DNA of 64,000 nt, taken from the NCBI RefSeq assembly GCF_009914755.1, contig NC_060931.1, one strand, 5' to 3'. Under the pieces are notes generated by a model that was not told the DNA's origin, did no database searches, and saw nothing but the letters and a program-made list of their open reading frames with translations. The stretch comes from the human T2T-CHM13v2.0 reference genome, Homo sapiens. Below are positions 61,416 through 64,000 of this stretch, piece by piece. A program made the position numbers and the translations under genes. How positions within the stretch are numbered: the first letter of the stretch is position 1; each line of letters begins with the position of its first letter.

Positions 61416-61777
61416 ACTTTTAACCGAAATTTCCTTGGCTGTTCTGTGCCTGCTCAGTGTCCAGCTTCCAAGTCTTCCCCAGCATTTCTCGAAGCCATTG
61501 GGGTGGGGTCTTGTGTGCACCTGAAAATGAGTCCACAGTTCCCAACGCCCTGCCCTGCCAATCCTGTGCCTTTCCAGTAGGCACAATGTGTTTCTCCCTG
61601 TGCCGGCATCCTGGCCAAGGCTCTCCTGTGGCTCCAACAGGACAGCCCTTGCTGGTGGCTGCCCTGACCCCTCAGGACCATAAAGCCATGAAGAGCAAAG
61701 GAGAAGTATGCTCTTGCCCTTTGGCTTCCCAGGGCAATGTAACTTGGTCCCCAGTGTGTGAATATAGACAAACAGCT

Positions 61778-62122
61778 CTTTTCTTGTAGTACAATACACG
61801 TAACATACAACTTGCCACTTTAACTATTTAACACTTTATTAAATCTATTTTAACTATTAACTAAATGTATGATTCAGTGACATTAAGTATATTTTCAGTT
61901 TTGTCCAACCATTTCCACTGTCTAGTTTCAGAATTATTTCTTCACCTTAAAAGGAAACTCACACCCACTGGCATCTCCTCCCCATCCCTTCCACCTTCAG
62001 AGCCTGGCATCCACTCCTCTGCCTTCTGTCTCTATGGACTCACTTATTCTGGACATTTCATATGAATGAAATGTGGCCAAGGCTGTCTGGCTTCTTTCGC
62101 TTAGTGTCATATTTTCAAGGTT
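61778..62122 (-). mobile_element. L1MB-type 3' fragment
   Basis: TTCAGTGACATTAAGTAT...TCTGTCTCTATGGA..CTTATTCTGGACATTTCATAT...TCTGGCTTCTTTCGCTTAG. Confidence 0.75.
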
Positions 62123-64000
62123 ACTCTTCTTGTTTTTCCTTGGTGTTCTTTCTCTCCTTAGGACCAGGCTTGCACCGAGGGGCTGGGATGAGGATGGGTT
62201 TGGATAAGCATTACCACAAGGCTTCTTTCCAGGATTCCTGGTCACTTTCAGTGATAAGCCCTGCTGCTTCCTTCCTCCTCAGCGTGGGTTTTCTGCCCTC
62301 TGTAAACATATCCAGATGAGTCTACTCCAGCTCCCAGACATACCCGGAGGTATGTGAACAGCAGTGAGTAATGGCTGTTCTCCTTCCTAATAGGCTTTCA
62401 CACCCAATCCACCAGTTTGCCAGCCATGCCCACATTTGCCTGAGCCTGAGAAGTCCAAGTAAATGCTGAAGTGGAGATGCTGACTAGAGTGCTTATAATA
62501 GTATGGTCTTATATTTTGGCATAAAGTAGGTTAGGATGTTGCTAGAAATCATACTTCCTTTAGCATTTGAGCACCATTTTTCCTTCTGTACATTGCTAAG
62601 TATAGAACACATTTGTATTTTTCCAGAATCTTCCACAGATTTGCTTTTCAAGTGCTTTTGACTTTTCTTGTGTAAATCCCATCCGATACAATTCTGCTAC
62701 CTCTGATGATGTGGCTCCGTTTATGTGTAGGGGTTTACTGAGGAAACTTTTAACAAAGATTCAATATGAGAAATTGTTTACAATTTACAGCTAATATATA
62801 GAAACTGAACAAATTGAGAAATGCAGGATTCTTGGCTTCTTTGTCATGTTAAATTATTTATTTGGGAAGTTTCAAGACACGGCTTTACCGTAACTCTCTC
62901 TTCTCTCTAGGAAATTTGGTTTGATGAAATTTTGTTTTGTGTTTCTTTTTCAAAAATTTAAAGTAAATTTTCAGAATGTATTTCTGTGTATCCCTTTTCC
63001 TTTCATAGCTGCTGTTTCTGCAGTTAAATTTTACATTTAACATTGGCCTATGTCGTGTATAGTAACAAGACAGAGAGGAAACCATCATAAAAGGGAATAA
63101 ATACCAGGGAAGAAAGTAAAGTCTTTAACCTTCCCTGCTTAGGGTCAGAATTTTACCCCAACAAGCATCATTTTATCTGCAAACATTCTTTGTAGTTCAA
63201 ATATTAATACATCCTTGAACCTTCCTAACTGTACTCATCTTATTTTCTCATTCTTCTCTGTCATATTTCACTATGCTTTACACAATGAGCCACTTCGATG
63301 CACTATATTTTCACATTTTTTAACTCTCATTTTCATGTTAGTGTGTAGGTGGCTTTGGTGTTTTTCAGACCCAAGTTACGTTCATATATGCCCCTCCTGC
63401 TTTCCTTTGCATCTGGTGTATACCTGAACATATTTAATTCTGTATTATTTTTTGCTTGCAGATGTCAAATTAGTCTATGTAACTCAAAGGCTTAGGTTTA
63501 TGCCTTTCCAGTCAAGCTGCTGTTATGGAAAACAAATACCCAAGCAATATGAACTTACGGATATGGAGGAAGGGAGACATATTTGGGACCAAGGCTCATT
63601 AGTAGGTTAGGGTCTGCTGTACCTACCCGTCTGCCAACATCTATCTGCCAATATTCCCAGACTTTCCTGTTTCTAAATGCTGATTTAGATAAATGCTTTT
63701 CTAACCAAAATGAAGCAGTATGGTATTTAAGTCAACCATGGAAATAAGCATTAACATATGTGCCCCCACCTGAAAGACATCAGGTTAGGTTCGATTTGAA
63801 TCAGGCAGGAGGCCAGATGCAATCAAGTCCCTGAAGTCTGGAACTCCACCAGAAGAAGAGATCAGGCTCCCCTGCCCCAGGACCCTCCAGACTGCAGAAG
63901 ATCTAGGGAGGTCAGAATAGAGCAGGGCTCCCACATCTTTGATAAAATGTGATTTTGTAAACTAGAAGAAAGGGGGAAATGGCAAAAGCAGGCCTTTCTC

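Overview
Primate (very likely human/hominoid) non-coding genomic DNA, AT-rich and dense in interspersed repeats. It holds the 3' half of an L1PA3-type LINE-1, L1PA8/L1PB/L1MA/L1MB fragments, about 13 Alus (J, S, Y and monomers, many with readable target-site duplications), MLT1 and LTR16 LTRs, DNA-transposon relics (MADE1, MER44, MER5, MER103, Zaphod-type), and MIR, L2 and L3/CR1 relics. I find no host protein-coding exon: the long ORFs are L1 ORF2 remnants and the rest are repeat-derived or chance ORFs. I could not name the locus, and I cannot support a new biological 'system'. The best leads are: (1) an atypical MADE1 palindrome (miR-548-type hairpin) with symmetric arm changes and an internal duplication; (2) a repeat-poor, CpG-retaining, HOX/PBX/MEIS/nuclear-receptor-motif-rich block at about 16.4-19.4 kb that looks like a developmental enhancer; (3) a set of strong minus-strand splice signals compatible with a spliced lncRNA that would host the hairpin in an intron. 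Repeat subfamily names come from remembered consensus diagnostics, not a database search. Boundaries of old elements are approximate.
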